A stretch of DNA of 64,000 nucleotides from Patescibacteria group bacterium (GCA_028710985.1 JAQTTB010000002.1:86750-150749); one strand, 5' to 3'. Positions 7,933-17,996 are shown, counted from the first letter of the stretch. Translations and numbers: made by a program. Notes: generated by a model not told the origin, from the sequence alone.

Positions 7933-10614
7933 TTAAATCGCGCAAGCCGGTTGTTTTCTCTTCCGGGCGGCAATAAAAAAGAGCTTGGTAATTTCAATGG
8001 CCAGGATTTCAATCACGCCGATTGCCAGCACCAACAGCCAGTCCTTGAAATAAAGTACCTGCAAACCAAACAAATTTTGAAAAAACGGAACATAAAGCGC
8101 AACAAGCTGCAGGGCCAACCCCCCAACCACCGCCGCCAGCAAAAAACGGTTGCTAAACGGATTAAATGTAAATATGGTGTGGCGCAGGCTTCGGCAGCTA
8201 AAAACATAAAAAAGCGAATCAACGCCCAGCGCGGCAAACACAATCGTTCGGGCATAATCCACCTCCTTGCCGATGTTCAGCATATATATAAAAAGCAGAA
8301 AAAGACCGATATCAGTAAGAATTCCGACGAGAAAAATTAAAAGCTTCATCTCCCGGTTCATAACCGGCTCGGTTCTTGGCCGCGGCGGAATCCGCATCAC
8401 GTCTTTTTCTCCAGGCTCAACCGTGAGCGCAAAACTCGGCAGGCCATCGGTAATGAGATTAATCCACAAAATCTGCGCCGGCAAAAGTGGCAGCGGCAGT
8501 CGGAAAATCAGGCTACCGACAATCAGAATCATTTCGCCAAAACTGTCCGCTAGATGATAAACAATTATTTTTCGGATATTGTCAAAAATTATCCTGCCGC
8601 GGTGAACCGCGTTCACGATTGTCCGGTAATTATCATCCAGGAGTACGAGGTCGGAATTTTCCTTAGCCACGTCCGTGCCGCTCCCGAGCGCCACGCCCAC
8701 ATCCGCGGATTTTAATGCCGGCGCGTCATTCACTCCGTCGCCGGTCATTGCCACCACCGCGCCGGCCGCCTGCCAGGCGTCAACAATGCGAACCTTGTGC
8801 TGCGGTTCAACCCGCGCGAAAATATCAACCCGTTTAATTACCTTGGCGAGTTCGCGGTCATTCATTCTGTCAATCTCTGCGCCGTTCATGGCGTTATCGT
8901 GTTTTATTTCAATGCCCACCTGCTCGGCCACCGCCGTAGCGGTCAAAATATGATCGCCGGTCACTATCACCGGCCGTATGCCCGCTTCGCGGCAGAGCCG
9001 GATTGTTTCGCGCGCCTCCGGACGCACCGGATCCTGCAACCCAACCAGGGCGGTAAAAACCATTTCCTTGAGATCGTTCTCCCCCAAATCCGGATCTTCA
9101 GGATCGTGCCGGCGGTATGCCGCGGCCAAAATCCGCAGTCCCTTGCCGGCCAGCCTCAAAACATCCTTATGAATTTTATCGCGTTCATCTTTTCCCAGAT
9201 GATGTATTTCTCCGTCCGCGAGATAATATGAACAGAATGAAAGAACTTGTTCCGGCGCTCCTTTTACGTAAATCACGTCCGCGTCTTTCTTGAACTCGTG
9301 TCGCGTCGCCATGTATCGCTTTCCGGCATCAAACGGCAGTTCAAATTTCCGGACATAACTTCGCGCGAGCTCGTGGATATCCAGCCCGGACTCACGCGCC
9401 GCCCGGAAAAGCGCCACCTCGGTCGGATCGCCGATAATCGTCGAAGTAACCGGCTGGTCCGGATTTTCGAAATGAGCGTCATTACACAATAAAACGATTT
9501 TTAGCGCGATCGCGTGATCGCTTTTGGCAAACATATTTCCCTCAATTTCGGACGGAAGTTCGAGTGCGCCCTTATATGTTTCAACTGTCGTCACTTGCAT
9601 TACGCCGAGTGTCAGGGTGCCGGTTTTATCCGAGCAGATTACCGAAACCGACCCCAATGTCTCGGCCGTAATCAGCCGACGCGTCAGCGCCTGTTTTTTT
9701 AGTATTGACTGCATGCCGATCGCGAGCACCACGGTCATTGCCACGAGCAGGCCCTCCGGAATCGCGGCCACCGAAAGAGCGACACTCGTGAGCAGCATCC
9801 CGAACCACGGTTGTCCCAATATCACGCCAAAAATAAAAATCAGCAAGCTGATTATTGAGACTATCCCGCCAAGTGATTTTCCCAAAAAACTAAGCTGGAC
9901 TTGAAGCGGCGTGGGTTCTTCCGGGATTTCGGAAATCATTTTCGCGATACGACCGAGTTCGGTTTCACGTCCGGTCGCCACGGCGACCGCAACCGCGCGG
10001 CCGCGCACCGCAACGGTTGAAAGATATGCCATATTGCGGCGTTCGGCGAGTAGTGTGCCGGCCGAGAGCGGAGTTATAATCTTGTTAATGGGCAGGGATT
10101 CGCCGGTAAGCGCGGCTTCATTGGTCGAAAAATCATAGGCCTCGATCAAACGGCAGTCGGCCGGAATGCGCGCCCCGGCTTCGAGAATCAGGATATCGCC
10201 GGCCACGACCTCGCGTGACGGAATTATAATCTCGCGCCCGTCGCGCCGGACCGTTGCCTGCGGTTCAATCATCTCTTTCAGCCTTTTCAGCGATTTATTA
10301 GCCTTATACTCCTGCACGAACCCGATAACCGTATTCAAAAAAACCGCGGCAATTATCACGCCAAAATCCACAAACTCCCGTATCACCAGGCTTATTCCCG
10401 CGGCAACGAGCAGAATGATAATCAGCGGCCCCTTGAACTGGGCGAGGAAAACCTTAAGGCCGGACAGCCCTTTTTCGCGGGGCAATTCATTAAACCCACA
10501 CCGCTCCAGCCGATGCGCCGCATCGTCTTTTGCGAGTCCGCTTTTCTGCGTCCGCAGCATATTCAATATTTCCTTGGCCGGACAGGCGTGCCAATTGTTG
10601 CGAATTTTAGCCAT
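7933..10614 (-). CDS. cation-transporting P-type ATPase (type IIA, Ca2+-like)
   Basis: TGES, IPEGL, DKTGTLT, KGAPE, TGDGVNDAP, QILWINLITD. Confidence 0.95.
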   Translation of the reverse strand: MAKIRNNWHACPAKEILNMLRTQKSGLAKDDAAHRLERCGFNELPREKGLSGLKVFLAQFKGPLIIILLVAAGISLVIREFVDFGVIIAAVFLNTVIGFVQEYKANKSLKRLKEMIEPQATVRRDGREIIIPSREVVAGDILILEAGARIPADCRLIEAYDFSTNEAALTGESLPINKIITPLSAGTLLAERRNMAYLSTVAVRGRAVAVAVATGRETELGRIAKMISEIPEEPTPLQVQLSFLGKSLGGIVSIISLLIFIFGVILGQPWFGMLLTSVALSVAAIPEGLLVAMTVVLAIGMQSILKKQALTRRLITAETLGSVSVICSDKTGTLTLGVMQVTTVETYKGALELPSEIEGNMFAKSDHAIALKIVLLCNDAHFENPDQPVTSTIIGDPTEVALFRAARESGLDIHELARSYVRKFELPFDAGKRYMATRHEFKKDADVIYVKGAPEQVLSFCSYYLADGEIHHLGKDERDKIHKDVLRLAGKGLRILAAAYRRHDPEDPDLGENDLKEMVFTALVGLQDPVRPEARETIRLCREAGIRPVIVTGDHILTATAVAEQVGIEIKHDNAMNGAEIDRMNDRELAKVIKRVDIFARVEPQHKVRIVDAWQAAGAVVAMTGDGVNDAPALKSADVGVALGSGTDVAKENSDLVLLDDNYRTIVNAVHRGRIIFDNIRKIIVYHLADSFGEMILIVGSLIFRLPLPLLPAQILWINLITDGLPSFALTVEPGEKDVMRIPPRPRTEPVMNREMKLLIFLVGILTDIGLFLLFIYMLNIGKEVDYARTIVFAALGVDSLFYVFSCRSLRHTIFTFNPFSNRFLLAAVVGGLALQLVALYVPFFQNLFGLQVLYFKDWLLVLAIGVIEILAIEITKLFFIAARKRKQPACAI

Positions 10615-10664
10615 AAAACATTCTTATCATAGCATGAAATGAGATATTGAAATAATTGTCAAAC

Positions 10665-11801
10665 CTACCGGCGATACAGCCCCTCGATGCTCTCCACGAT
10701 CTTTTCCCAGTTGAAAAATTCTCCGATAAATTTCTTTGCTCGCGCGCCCTTATGCTTTACCATTGCCGGATTCGCGAGCAAATACTCCATCTTCTGCCGC
10801 AGGTCCGTGACATTGCCGGACCTAAAAGAAAATCCCGAGTGATCAATTGTTTCAAGATTTTCCGGGATGTCGGAAATCAAAACGCATTTGCCAAAACTCA
10901 TGGCCTCCAAAATAGTTATTGAAAGCCCTTCTGATTCGGACGGATGGACATACGTATAGCAATGGGCGAAAAGCTGGCGCAGGGTGTCACCGGTGCGGAA
11001 ACCGGCAAAGATAATATTGCGGTTGCCCTCGGCCAGGGCTTCAAGAAACTTTAAATACTGCGAAGAAAAACTCGGCGCACCGACAATCACCAGTTTCTTC
11101 TGGGTCTTCAGCCCCTGATACGCCTGGATTAAATAGTGAATACCCTTGTGCTGGACGAGGCGCGCGACCACCAGAAAATATCCATCCGGCCGGACCCCGA
11201 ACTGCTCGAGTTCGTCCGAGCGGCGCACGATGCCCGGCTCAACGCCGTTCGGAATATATACCGCTTCTCTCTTAAATCTCCGTGCGCAATAAATCGCAAT
11301 ATTCTGACTTACCGCGATTGTGTAATGTGGAAAATGGCAGGCCGTCCATTCTCCCCAGGCAAGATAAAACCGCGCCGCGAGCCCCCATTTTTTGTGGAAA
11401 CGATCCTGACTATGAAATGTCACCAAAACTTTTGCGCTTTTTTTAAACAGTCTTGGGATCCACGCCAGAGTGGACGGTCCGACACCGTGATAATGAATAA
11501 TATCCACGTCTCGTCCTAAAACATCAAGCGTGCAAATAAACGTATGAATAATCGCTTCAAGATTTTTGCTCTGAAAAGTCCACCGCCGCAAAAGCGTGAC
11601 ACCATTATACTTGCGCGTCCGCTCTTTTTGAAACCACGGCCGCACATACACAAAAACCCGGTGCCCGTGCGCCGCGAGCCGTGTCGCAACTGCCTCCACA
11701 TGAGTCTCAATGCCTCCGCCGAGTTCCCCTGATTTCGGGATACCCTTCTGGCCAATCATGTAGATTTTTAATTTTTTGTTTTGCGCCTTTGCCATAGACA
11801 C
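10665..11801 (-). CDS. glycosyltransferase family 4
   Basis: GGIETHV, HPSESEGLSITILEAMS. Confidence 0.9.
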   Translation of the reverse strand: MSMAKAQNKKLKIYMIGQKGIPKSGELGGGIETHVEAVATRLAAHGHRVFVYVRPWFQKERTRKYNGVTLLRRWTFQSKNLEAIIHTFICTLDVLGRDVDIIHYHGVGPSTLAWIPRLFKKSAKVLVTFHSQDRFHKKWGLAARFYLAWGEWTACHFPHYTIAVSQNIAIYCARRFKREAVYIPNGVEPGIVRRSDELEQFGVRPDGYFLVVARLVQHKGIHYLIQAYQGLKTQKKLVIVGAPSFSSQYLKFLEALAEGNRNIIFAGFRTGDTLRQLFAHCYTYVHPSESEGLSITILEAMSFGKCVLISDIPENLETIDHSGFSFRSGNVTDLRQKMEYLLANPAMVKHKGARAKKFIGEFFNWEKIVESIEGLYRR

Positions 11802-11883
11802 ATATATTTTAGCCTAATTTTAATCAAAAAACAACTGTATACCGGTTGAAACAATTTTATAAATTTGATAGAATAATAATATT

Positions 11884-12840
11884 ATGTTATTCAATCTCTT
11901 TGTATTAATCGCCGGGCTCGCGATTCTCATAAAAAGTGCCGACTGGCTCGTGGACGGATCGTCTTCAATTGCCAAAAAACTCGGCGTGCCATGCATCGTT
12001 ATTGGCCTCACCGTAGTTGCATTCGGCACATCTGTCCCCGAATTGGTCGTTAATATTCTTTCCAGTTTCAAGGGCGCCACGGATCTTGCCATCGGCAACA
12101 TCATCGGCAGTAATATCGCGAATATAATTTTAATTCTTGGGATTACTGCAATATTTTATCCCCTAGCGATAAATTCCGGCACCACCTGGAAAGAAATTCC
12201 GTTGAGCCTGCTCGCCGCTATCCTTGTTTTCATTCTCGCGAACGACACTCTGATCGATGGCACCGGAGAGAGCGTACTTTCCCACATTGACGGCCTGGTC
12301 CTTCTGTCTTTTTTCTTAATCTTTCTTTATTATACCTACAGCATCAGCCGAAGCCGCACCGATTCTAAGGACAATATAAAAACCTACAGAGGCTGGCTTT
12401 CCTTAATTATGATATGCGGCGGCATTGCCGGCCTTGCCCTTGGCGGAAAACTTGCAGTTGATTCAGCTATTAAGCTTGCGGAAATCGCCGGCCTTAGCCA
12501 GGCTTTTATCGGTCTCACAATCGTCGCGGTCGGCACCTCACTTCCCGAGCTCGCCGCTTCGGCGGTCGCGGCGTATAAAAAGAATCCCGACATCGCCGTG
12601 GGCAACATCGTCGGCTCCAATATATTTAATATATTTTGGATCCTTGGTGTAAGTTCGATAATCCGGCCGCTACCGCTTACTCCGGGTATGAACTCTTCCA
12701 TCATCGTCGCCGCTCTCGCCACAATCCTGCTTTTTTCCTTTATGTTTATCGGCAAACGGCACATTCTTGAACGCTGGCAGGGCGTCGGATTCCTAATCTG
12801 TTATGCCGGATATTTACTCTTTTTAATATCGCGGGGCTGA
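11884..12840 (+). CDS. calcium/sodium antiporter (CaCA, YrbG-like)
   Basis: two alpha repeats GTSVPE / GTSLPE, GNIIGSN. Confidence 0.93.
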   Translation: MLFNLFVLIAGLAILIKSADWLVDGSSSIAKKLGVPCIVIGLTVVAFGTSVPELVVNILSSFKGATDLAIGNIIGSNIANIILILGITAIFYPLAINSGTTWKEIPLSLLAAILVFILANDTLIDGTGESVLSHIDGLVLLSFFLIFLYYTYSISRSRTDSKDNIKTYRGWLSLIMICGGIAGLALGGKLAVDSAIKLAEIAGLSQAFIGLTIVAVGTSLPELAASAVAAYKKNPDIAVGNIVGSNIFNIFWILGVSSIIRPLPLTPGMNSSIIVAALATILLFSFMFIGKRHILERWQGVGFLICYAGYLLFLISRG

Positions 12841-12886
12841 ACCCTTGATTTTATTAATCGAATTTGATAACATATTTTCATTATTT

Positions 12887-12969
12887 GGGCCGGTAGTCCC
12901 GATGTTCCGCCACGGGCGGAAATCGGGATCCCGACATCCCGACGCAGTCGGGATCGTCGGGGCTCAGTC
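12887..12969 (+). pseudogene. tRNA-Lys 5' fragment interrupted by palindromic insertions
   Basis: GGGCCGGTAG [66-bp hairpin insert] CTCAGTC matches the 5' end of the tRNA at 13008. Confidence 0.75.
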
Positions 12970-13007
12970 AGAATATTCTTAAAATAAATATAAAAAAATG
13001 ATAATTT

Positions 13008-13084
13008 GGGCCGGTAGCTCAGTCTGGTAGAGCAACTGCCTTTTAAGCAGAAGGTCCTGGGTTCAAATCCCAGCCGGCCTACCA
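13008..13084 (+). tRNA. tRNA-Lys (TTT)
   Basis: acceptor GGGCCGG/CCGGCCT, anticodon loop CTTTTAA, GGTTCAAATCC T-arm, encoded CCA. Confidence 0.95.
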
Positions 13085-13143
13085 ATCGAGTAGTCAGTAA
13101 TCAGTATTCCGTAGTAGATTATTAAGTAAGTCGAAATATATTT

Positions 13144-13278
13144 GCTGGGATTTGAATCGGGGATGGTAAGGGGGCGCAGCCCCCTTGCTTACCGAGGAAA
13201 GCCCACGAAAACCCGAAGGTTTTCGTGAGAGTCCCGAGCTTGTCGAGGGACGATGTGAGAATCCCAGCCGGCCTACCA
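13144..13278 (+). repeat. post-tRNA module: antisense T-arm, hairpins, duplicated tRNA-Lys 3' end
   Basis: gctgggatttgaa (13144) is the reverse complement of the T-arm; aatcccagccggcctacca is repeated at 13260-13278. Confidence 0.75.
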
Positions 13279-13287
13279 AATTAGTTA

Positions 13288-14472
13288 ATGAAAATTAGTT
13301 TCTACGCGCTCGGCTGTAAAGCCAACCAGGCCGACAGCGATAAAATCCGCGACGCCGCGGCCGCCAACGGATGGACGATTGTCCCCTACGGCGAATCCTG
13401 CGACTATTCAGTAATCAGTGGCTGCGCCGTCACCTCCGGCGCCGAACAGCGCACGCGCCAGATGCTCCGCGCCGCGAAAAAATCCGGCAAGCAAGTAATT
13501 GCCGCCGGATGTTTTGTTAAAAAAATTTCAGAGATTGATTTATATTTTTCAAATCCCGACCGGGTTATTGAATATCTTAAATCTCGGCACTCCGCAAGAC
13601 CGCAGTCCGTGCCGCGCCCGTCAACGCGCGCCTTCATCCGCATCCAAGATGGCTGTAATTTTAACTGTTCATACTGCCTGATCCGCAAAATCCGCGGCAA
13701 ATCGGTTTCCCGGTCGTCCGCGGAGATAATCGCGGAAATCAATCAGGCCGGAGCCGCTGGTGCCAAAGAAATAATACTGACCGGCATCAATATCTGCCAG
13801 TACCGCGAAAACAAACTCCGGCTCGCGAACCTTGTCGGATTAGTGCTTTCTCAGACAACCATTCCGCGGATCCGGTTCGGATCAGTTGATCCCCGCCCCA
13901 TAACCGCCGAATTTATCGCGCTTTTCCGCGAACCCCGCCTCATGCCGCACCTGCATCTCTCTCTCCAAAGCGGCAGCAACCGCATTTTGAAACTCATGAA
14001 TCGCGCCTATTCGGCGGAAGATTATACGCGCATCGTCCGGGCCGCGCGCCGCGTCAATCCCCTGTTTTCATTTTCCACGGATATCATCGTCGGATTCCCG
14101 GGTGAAACCATGAATGATGTTAATCTGACAATTGAATTAATCCGCCGGATTAAATTTATAAATATTCACCTCTTCCCGTACTCCGAACGGCCGGATACCG
14201 CTGCCACCCGGCTGAAAAATAATATATCTCCCGCGGAAATAAAATCGCGCATGAATATCCTTTCCCGCGCATCGGAAAATACGCGCAACGAATGGTTGAA
14301 AAATTATTCCGGCCGAACACTAGAAGTGCTGTATGAAAATAATAGTAAAAAAAGTAGTAAAAATATCTGGTACGGATATTCTCCGTATTATTTCCGTATG
14401 CGCACACGTTCATCGAAAAATCTTCACAATTTAATTTTATCCACACCGGCAACTCTTGACACCATGCCTTGA
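13288..14472 (+). CDS. mtaB: MiaB-like radical SAM tRNA methylthiotransferase (MtaB-like)
   Basis: LGCKAN, GCAVT, IQDGCNFNCSYC, HLSLQSG, TDIIVGFPGET. Confidence 0.85.
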   Translation: MKISFYALGCKANQADSDKIRDAAAANGWTIVPYGESCDYSVISGCAVTSGAEQRTRQMLRAAKKSGKQVIAAGCFVKKISEIDLYFSNPDRVIEYLKSRHSARPQSVPRPSTRAFIRIQDGCNFNCSYCLIRKIRGKSVSRSSAEIIAEINQAGAAGAKEIILTGINICQYRENKLRLANLVGLVLSQTTIPRIRFGSVDPRPITAEFIALFREPRLMPHLHLSLQSGSNRILKLMNRAYSAEDYTRIVRAARRVNPLFSFSTDIIVGFPGETMNDVNLTIELIRRIKFINIHLFPYSERPDTAATRLKNNISPAEIKSRMNILSRASENTRNEWLKNYSGRTLEVLYENNSKKSSKNIWYGYSPYYFRMRTRSSKNLHNLILSTPATLDTMP

Positions 14473-14497
14473 CAAATGTCCAAATATATGGTATAGT
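14469..14497 (+). promoter_or_regulatory. sigma70 promoter of small Cys/acidic protein
   Basis: TTGACA-17-TATAGT with extended TG. Confidence 0.7.
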
Positions 14498-14525
14498 AAT
14501 TACACTAAATATTAAGAAAAAAACT

Positions 14526-14672
14526 ATGGCAGATTGCACATGCGGCAACGATCCGTGCACTTGCGAAGATGTTGCCGAGGGGACTCCGGTCGAGGAAACT
14601 CCCGAGGAGACTCCGGTAGAAGAAGGTTCCGCCGAGGAGCCGGCTTCGACTGAAGAAGAAGAAATAATCTAA
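14526..14672 (+). CDS. 48-aa Cys-rich/acidic microprotein
   Basis: MADCTCGNDPCTCEDV + Glu-rich tail; own promoter and terminator. Confidence 0.65.
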   Translation: MADCTCGNDPCTCEDVAEGTPVEETPEETPVEEGSAEEPASTEEEEII

Positions 14673-14696
14673 TTGACTGTAAAACTTGTAACAAAA

Positions 14697-14733
14697 TAAA
14701 ATATCCTCCGAATATCATCGGAGGATATTTTAT
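14697..14733. terminator. bidirectional intrinsic terminator
   Basis: aaaatatcctccga-loop-tcggaggatatttt between convergent genes. Confidence 0.75.
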
Positions 14734-14740
14734 TGATTAA

Positions 14741-15808
14741 TTATTTTTTCAAAGCCAACCCAATAATCAAATCCGCCATTTTATCGCGTGCGCCGCGCGG
14801 CAGAATAATAGATTTTCGCTTTGCTTTTTCCCGCAGTTCGTCCAGATGTTCAAAACTGTGACGAATCGTCTCTACGAATCTTTCCGGCGTGAGAGTCTCT
14901 TGCGGCAGATACTGCGCCGCATTGGCGGATTCAAATATTTCAACGTTTTTTTCCTGATGCGAATCCGGCATTGGAATAATTATTGCCGGTTTAGCGAGAG
15001 CCGCAAGCTCGGTAAGCGTTCCCATGCCCGCGCGGCTGACGACCAGATCGGCGGCGTCATACGCGCGCGACATTCCTTCAGTCAAGAGCGGATACACGCG
15101 ATAACCGGACTTATCTTCACTGATATTGCCTTTGCGCGGACCCGCAATGTGCAGCACCTGACAAAATTTTAAAAGTTCGGAAAGCGTCTCTTTTACCAGC
15201 TCATTGATGCGCGCCGCGCCGGTTCCGCCTCCCAGCACCAGAAGAACTGGCTTTTCGTTGGTAAAATTAAAATATTCCAACGATTCCCGACGATTGCCGC
15301 GCAAGACATCTTCTCTTACCGGATTGCCAATCCACTTGCTTTTATTGCTCGAAAAATCTTTCAGTGACTTCTCAAACGAAACGGTAATTACTTTCGCGAA
15401 CGGCGCCATGAGGCGGTTTGCGAGACCGGGACGCACATCCTGCTGATGTATGAGTGACGGGATGCCCAGCGCCCACCCGGCGAACACAACCGGCACGCTC
15501 ACGAATCCACCGGCCGAAACTATGACATCCGGCCGGTTGCCTAAAAGATAAATAAACGACTGCATTAGGCCGACGAAAAAATAAAAAAAATCAACAAGAT
15601 TATACAAGCTAAAGTAACGCCTGAATTTGGCGGTCACGATTGCCTTGAACGGAATATTGTATTCGGCAATTAGCTCGCGCTCCGGACCGCTCATTGTTCC
15701 AATCCAAAAAACATCGGCCAGCGGGTCGCGCCGCCGTATCTCTTCAGAAACCGCGAGAAGGGGCGTAACCGGCCCCAGGGTGAATCCTCCGGTAAATAAT
15801 ACTTTCAT
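14741..15808 (-). CDS. murG: undecaprenyl-PP-MurNAc-pentapeptide GlcNAc transferase MurG
   Basis: TGGFTLGPVTP, GGFVSVP, HQQD, GNPVR, SRAG, HQEKN. Confidence 0.92.
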   Translation of the reverse strand: MKVLFTGGFTLGPVTPLLAVSEEIRRRDPLADVFWIGTMSGPERELIAEYNIPFKAIVTAKFRRYFSLYNLVDFFYFFVGLMQSFIYLLGNRPDVIVSAGGFVSVPVVFAGWALGIPSLIHQQDVRPGLANRLMAPFAKVITVSFEKSLKDFSSNKSKWIGNPVREDVLRGNRRESLEYFNFTNEKPVLLVLGGGTGAARINELVKETLSELLKFCQVLHIAGPRKGNISEDKSGYRVYPLLTEGMSRAYDAADLVVSRAGMGTLTELAALAKPAIIIPMPDSHQEKNVEIFESANAAQYLPQETLTPERFVETIRHSFEHLDELREKAKRKSIILPRGARDKMADLIIGLALKK

Positions 15809-15818
15809 ATAATTGCGA

Positions 15819-16928
15819 TCACGCACGCGCGTGACGATCAATATTTAACAATATTCCGACTGCGGCGAGTGAAACCATGAGCGCCGATCCGCCGTAAGAA
15901 ATAAACGGCAGCGGTACGCCGGTCATGGGCATGAGTCCAATCATCGAACCGATATTAATAAGCGCCTGAACCGCGAACCACGCCGAAATTCCGGTGGCCA
16001 AGAATCGGCCAAAAACGTCATCTGAACTCGCGGCAATCCGGAATCCCTTGATGAGGAGCGCCACAAAAGCCACGACCACCAAGAGTGAAAATATTAAACC
16101 CAGTTCTTCAGCCATCACTGCAAATATTGAATCACCCGCCACCTCGGGAAGGTATTGAAATTTTTGCCGCGAGTGTCCCAGGCCGAGTCCAAGAATTCCG
16201 CCAGAACCGATCGCAAGAAGCGCCTGATTAATATGATAACCGATTCCCTGCGGATCGAGCTCCGGATGTAAGAATGTCATAAAGCGCGCCGAACGATACG
16301 GAGCCATTTTTATGAGTATGAATAGAAGCGCCGCTCCGGCTCCGCCCAAAAGTCCGATATGGGCCCACGGCGCTCCGGCGGCAAAATAAACTATAAGAGA
16401 TGACACAACAATGATTGTCATGGTCCCAAGGTCAGGCTGAAGAACCATCGCCAGCATTACCACACCAAGGCTTATCAAAAAAGGCACCAAACCCGAATTG
16501 ATATCCTTTAATTTATTTTCTCCGCGCGCCTCAAGCCACGCGGCAAGATAAATTAAAAAAGTTAGTTTCAACAACTCGGAGGGTTGGAAAGAAAATCCCC
16601 CAATGCTCAGCCAGCTATGCGCGGTTCCATATTCCGCGCCAATGCCCGGAATAAAAACCGCGAGTAGAAGAATGAACGAAATAATAAACAATATCAACGC
16701 TTTTTTCTTCCAGAAAGTAAATGGTATTCTCGCGCAAATCAAGAGCATGGCTATTCCCGGCAAAAAGCCGTAAACAATTTGGTGCTTGAGATAATAATAG
16801 CTGTCGCCGAATTTCTGATAACCGAGCGGCCCCGAAGCCGACGAAAGCACAATCAACCCAAAAATCACAATCAATCCGACCAGCGCAAGGAAAGAATAGT
16901 CAATATTTTTTAAAAACTTCATCGTCAT
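15819..16928 (-). CDS. ftsW: SEDS protein FtsW
   Basis: FQPSELLK, QPDLGT, TGVPLPFISYGGS; between mraY and murG. Confidence 0.92.
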   Translation of the reverse strand: MTMKFLKNIDYSFLALVGLIVIFGLIVLSSASGPLGYQKFGDSYYYLKHQIVYGFLPGIAMLLICARIPFTFWKKKALILFIISFILLLAVFIPGIGAEYGTAHSWLSIGGFSFQPSELLKLTFLIYLAAWLEARGENKLKDINSGLVPFLISLGVVMLAMVLQPDLGTMTIIVVSSLIVYFAAGAPWAHIGLLGGAGAALLFILIKMAPYRSARFMTFLHPELDPQGIGYHINQALLAIGSGGILGLGLGHSRQKFQYLPEVAGDSIFAVMAEELGLIFSLLVVVAFVALLIKGFRIAASSDDVFGRFLATGISAWFAVQALINIGSMIGLMPMTGVPLPFISYGGSALMVSLAAVGILLNIDRHARA

Positions 16929-16931
16929 GAT

Positions 16932-17996
16932 TTATCGTATTACTGTCTTGTCCATGAGATAAATGATTACTCCGACGAATGCCATTACTACAGATATAAG
17001 CCAGAAGCGCATTACCACCTTCTGCTCCGGCCAGCCGCGCGCCTCAAAGTGATGGTGAATCGGCGAAGATAAAAATACTTTTTTACCGTGGCGCAATTTC
17101 TTGGAAATCATCTGAATGATTACCGAAAGCGATTCCGCAACGAACACCAGCCCGATAACCGGAAGCAGTGCGACGCTGTCGGTCAGCATGGCGACGATAC
17201 CGAGGGTTACGCCAAGCGACATCGCACCCGTATCCCCCATAAAGAACCTCGCCGGATTAATATTGAACCACAGAAACGCGAGCAGGGCACCGATAATCAC
17301 GGCGCAAAATGCGGCGAGCTCGTATTTCCCCTGCGTGAACGCGATGATTGAATACGCCCCGAAACAGGTTAGCAGGGTTCCGGCCGCGAGTCCGTCCAGT
17401 CCGTCAGTTTCGTTGACCGAAAATGAAGTCGCCACGATTATAAACGCGAAAATTGGCATTATCCACCAACCGACCGAGAAATCGCCAAAGAACGGCACGT
17501 GTAGCACATCCCAGTTGAGTTTGAAATAAAACCACCATGCACCAATAAGCGCGATGAGCGTGTATATAGCAAGTCGATGACGCATGCGCAAGCCGCCGCC
17601 GTGCGGACCGATGCGCCTCACGTTGTAATAATCGTCAATCAGCCCGACAATTGCCGACGCCACAAGCGCACCGAGCGGCAAAAGCGTCTGATTCCGGCTT
17701 AAAAAATCAAGCGCGGCAAGCCAATGGTTGTCAACAAAAAGCGCGATATTCGCAAAAATCAGGGCAAGTACGAGCGTCGTCACCCAGACAAGAATTCCAC
17801 CCATTGTCGGCGTGCCGGCCTTTTTCTCATGCAGTTTTGACATAATCGGAGCGGAACCGGCATCACGAATTCGCTTGCCCATCTTGTACTTATACAAAAA
17901 ATGGGTTAACCCCGGAGTCCAGAGCATGGCCAGCGCAAATGATATCGCGGTAAGCGCAAAAATTCTTATCACCTGGAAAGAATCCATCATAATCAA
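16932..17996 (-). CDS. mraY: phospho-MurNAc-pentapeptide transferase MraY
   Basis: KAGTPTMGG, NETDGLDGL, FMGDTG, PIHHHFE. Confidence 0.95.
   Translation of the reverse strand: MIMMDSFQVIRIFALTAISFALAMLWTPGLTHFLYKYKMGKRIRDAGSAPIMSKLHEKKAGTPTMGGILVWVTTLVLALIFANIALFVDNHWLAALDFLSRNQTLLPLGALVASAIVGLIDDYYNVRRIGPHGGGLRMRHRLAIYTLIALIGAWWFYFKLNWDVLHVPFFGDFSVGWWIMPIFAFIIVATSFSVNETDGLDGLAAGTLLTCFGAYSIIAFTQGKYELAAFCAVIIGALLAFLWFNINPARFFMGDTGAMSLGVTLGIVAMLTDSVALLPVIGLVFVAESLSVIIQMISKKLRHGKKVFLSSPIHHHFEARGWPEQKVVMRFWLISVVMAFVGVIIYLMDKTVIR

Noticed and set aside
12887-12969. Intron-containing or split tRNA
   Set aside because: The fragment stops in the D-arm, no matching anticodon half follows, and an intact tRNA lies just downstream.
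13190-13205. GAGGAAAG resembling the RNase P conserved region
   Set aside because: Continues as CCCAC rather than TCC and lies in a short repeat module.
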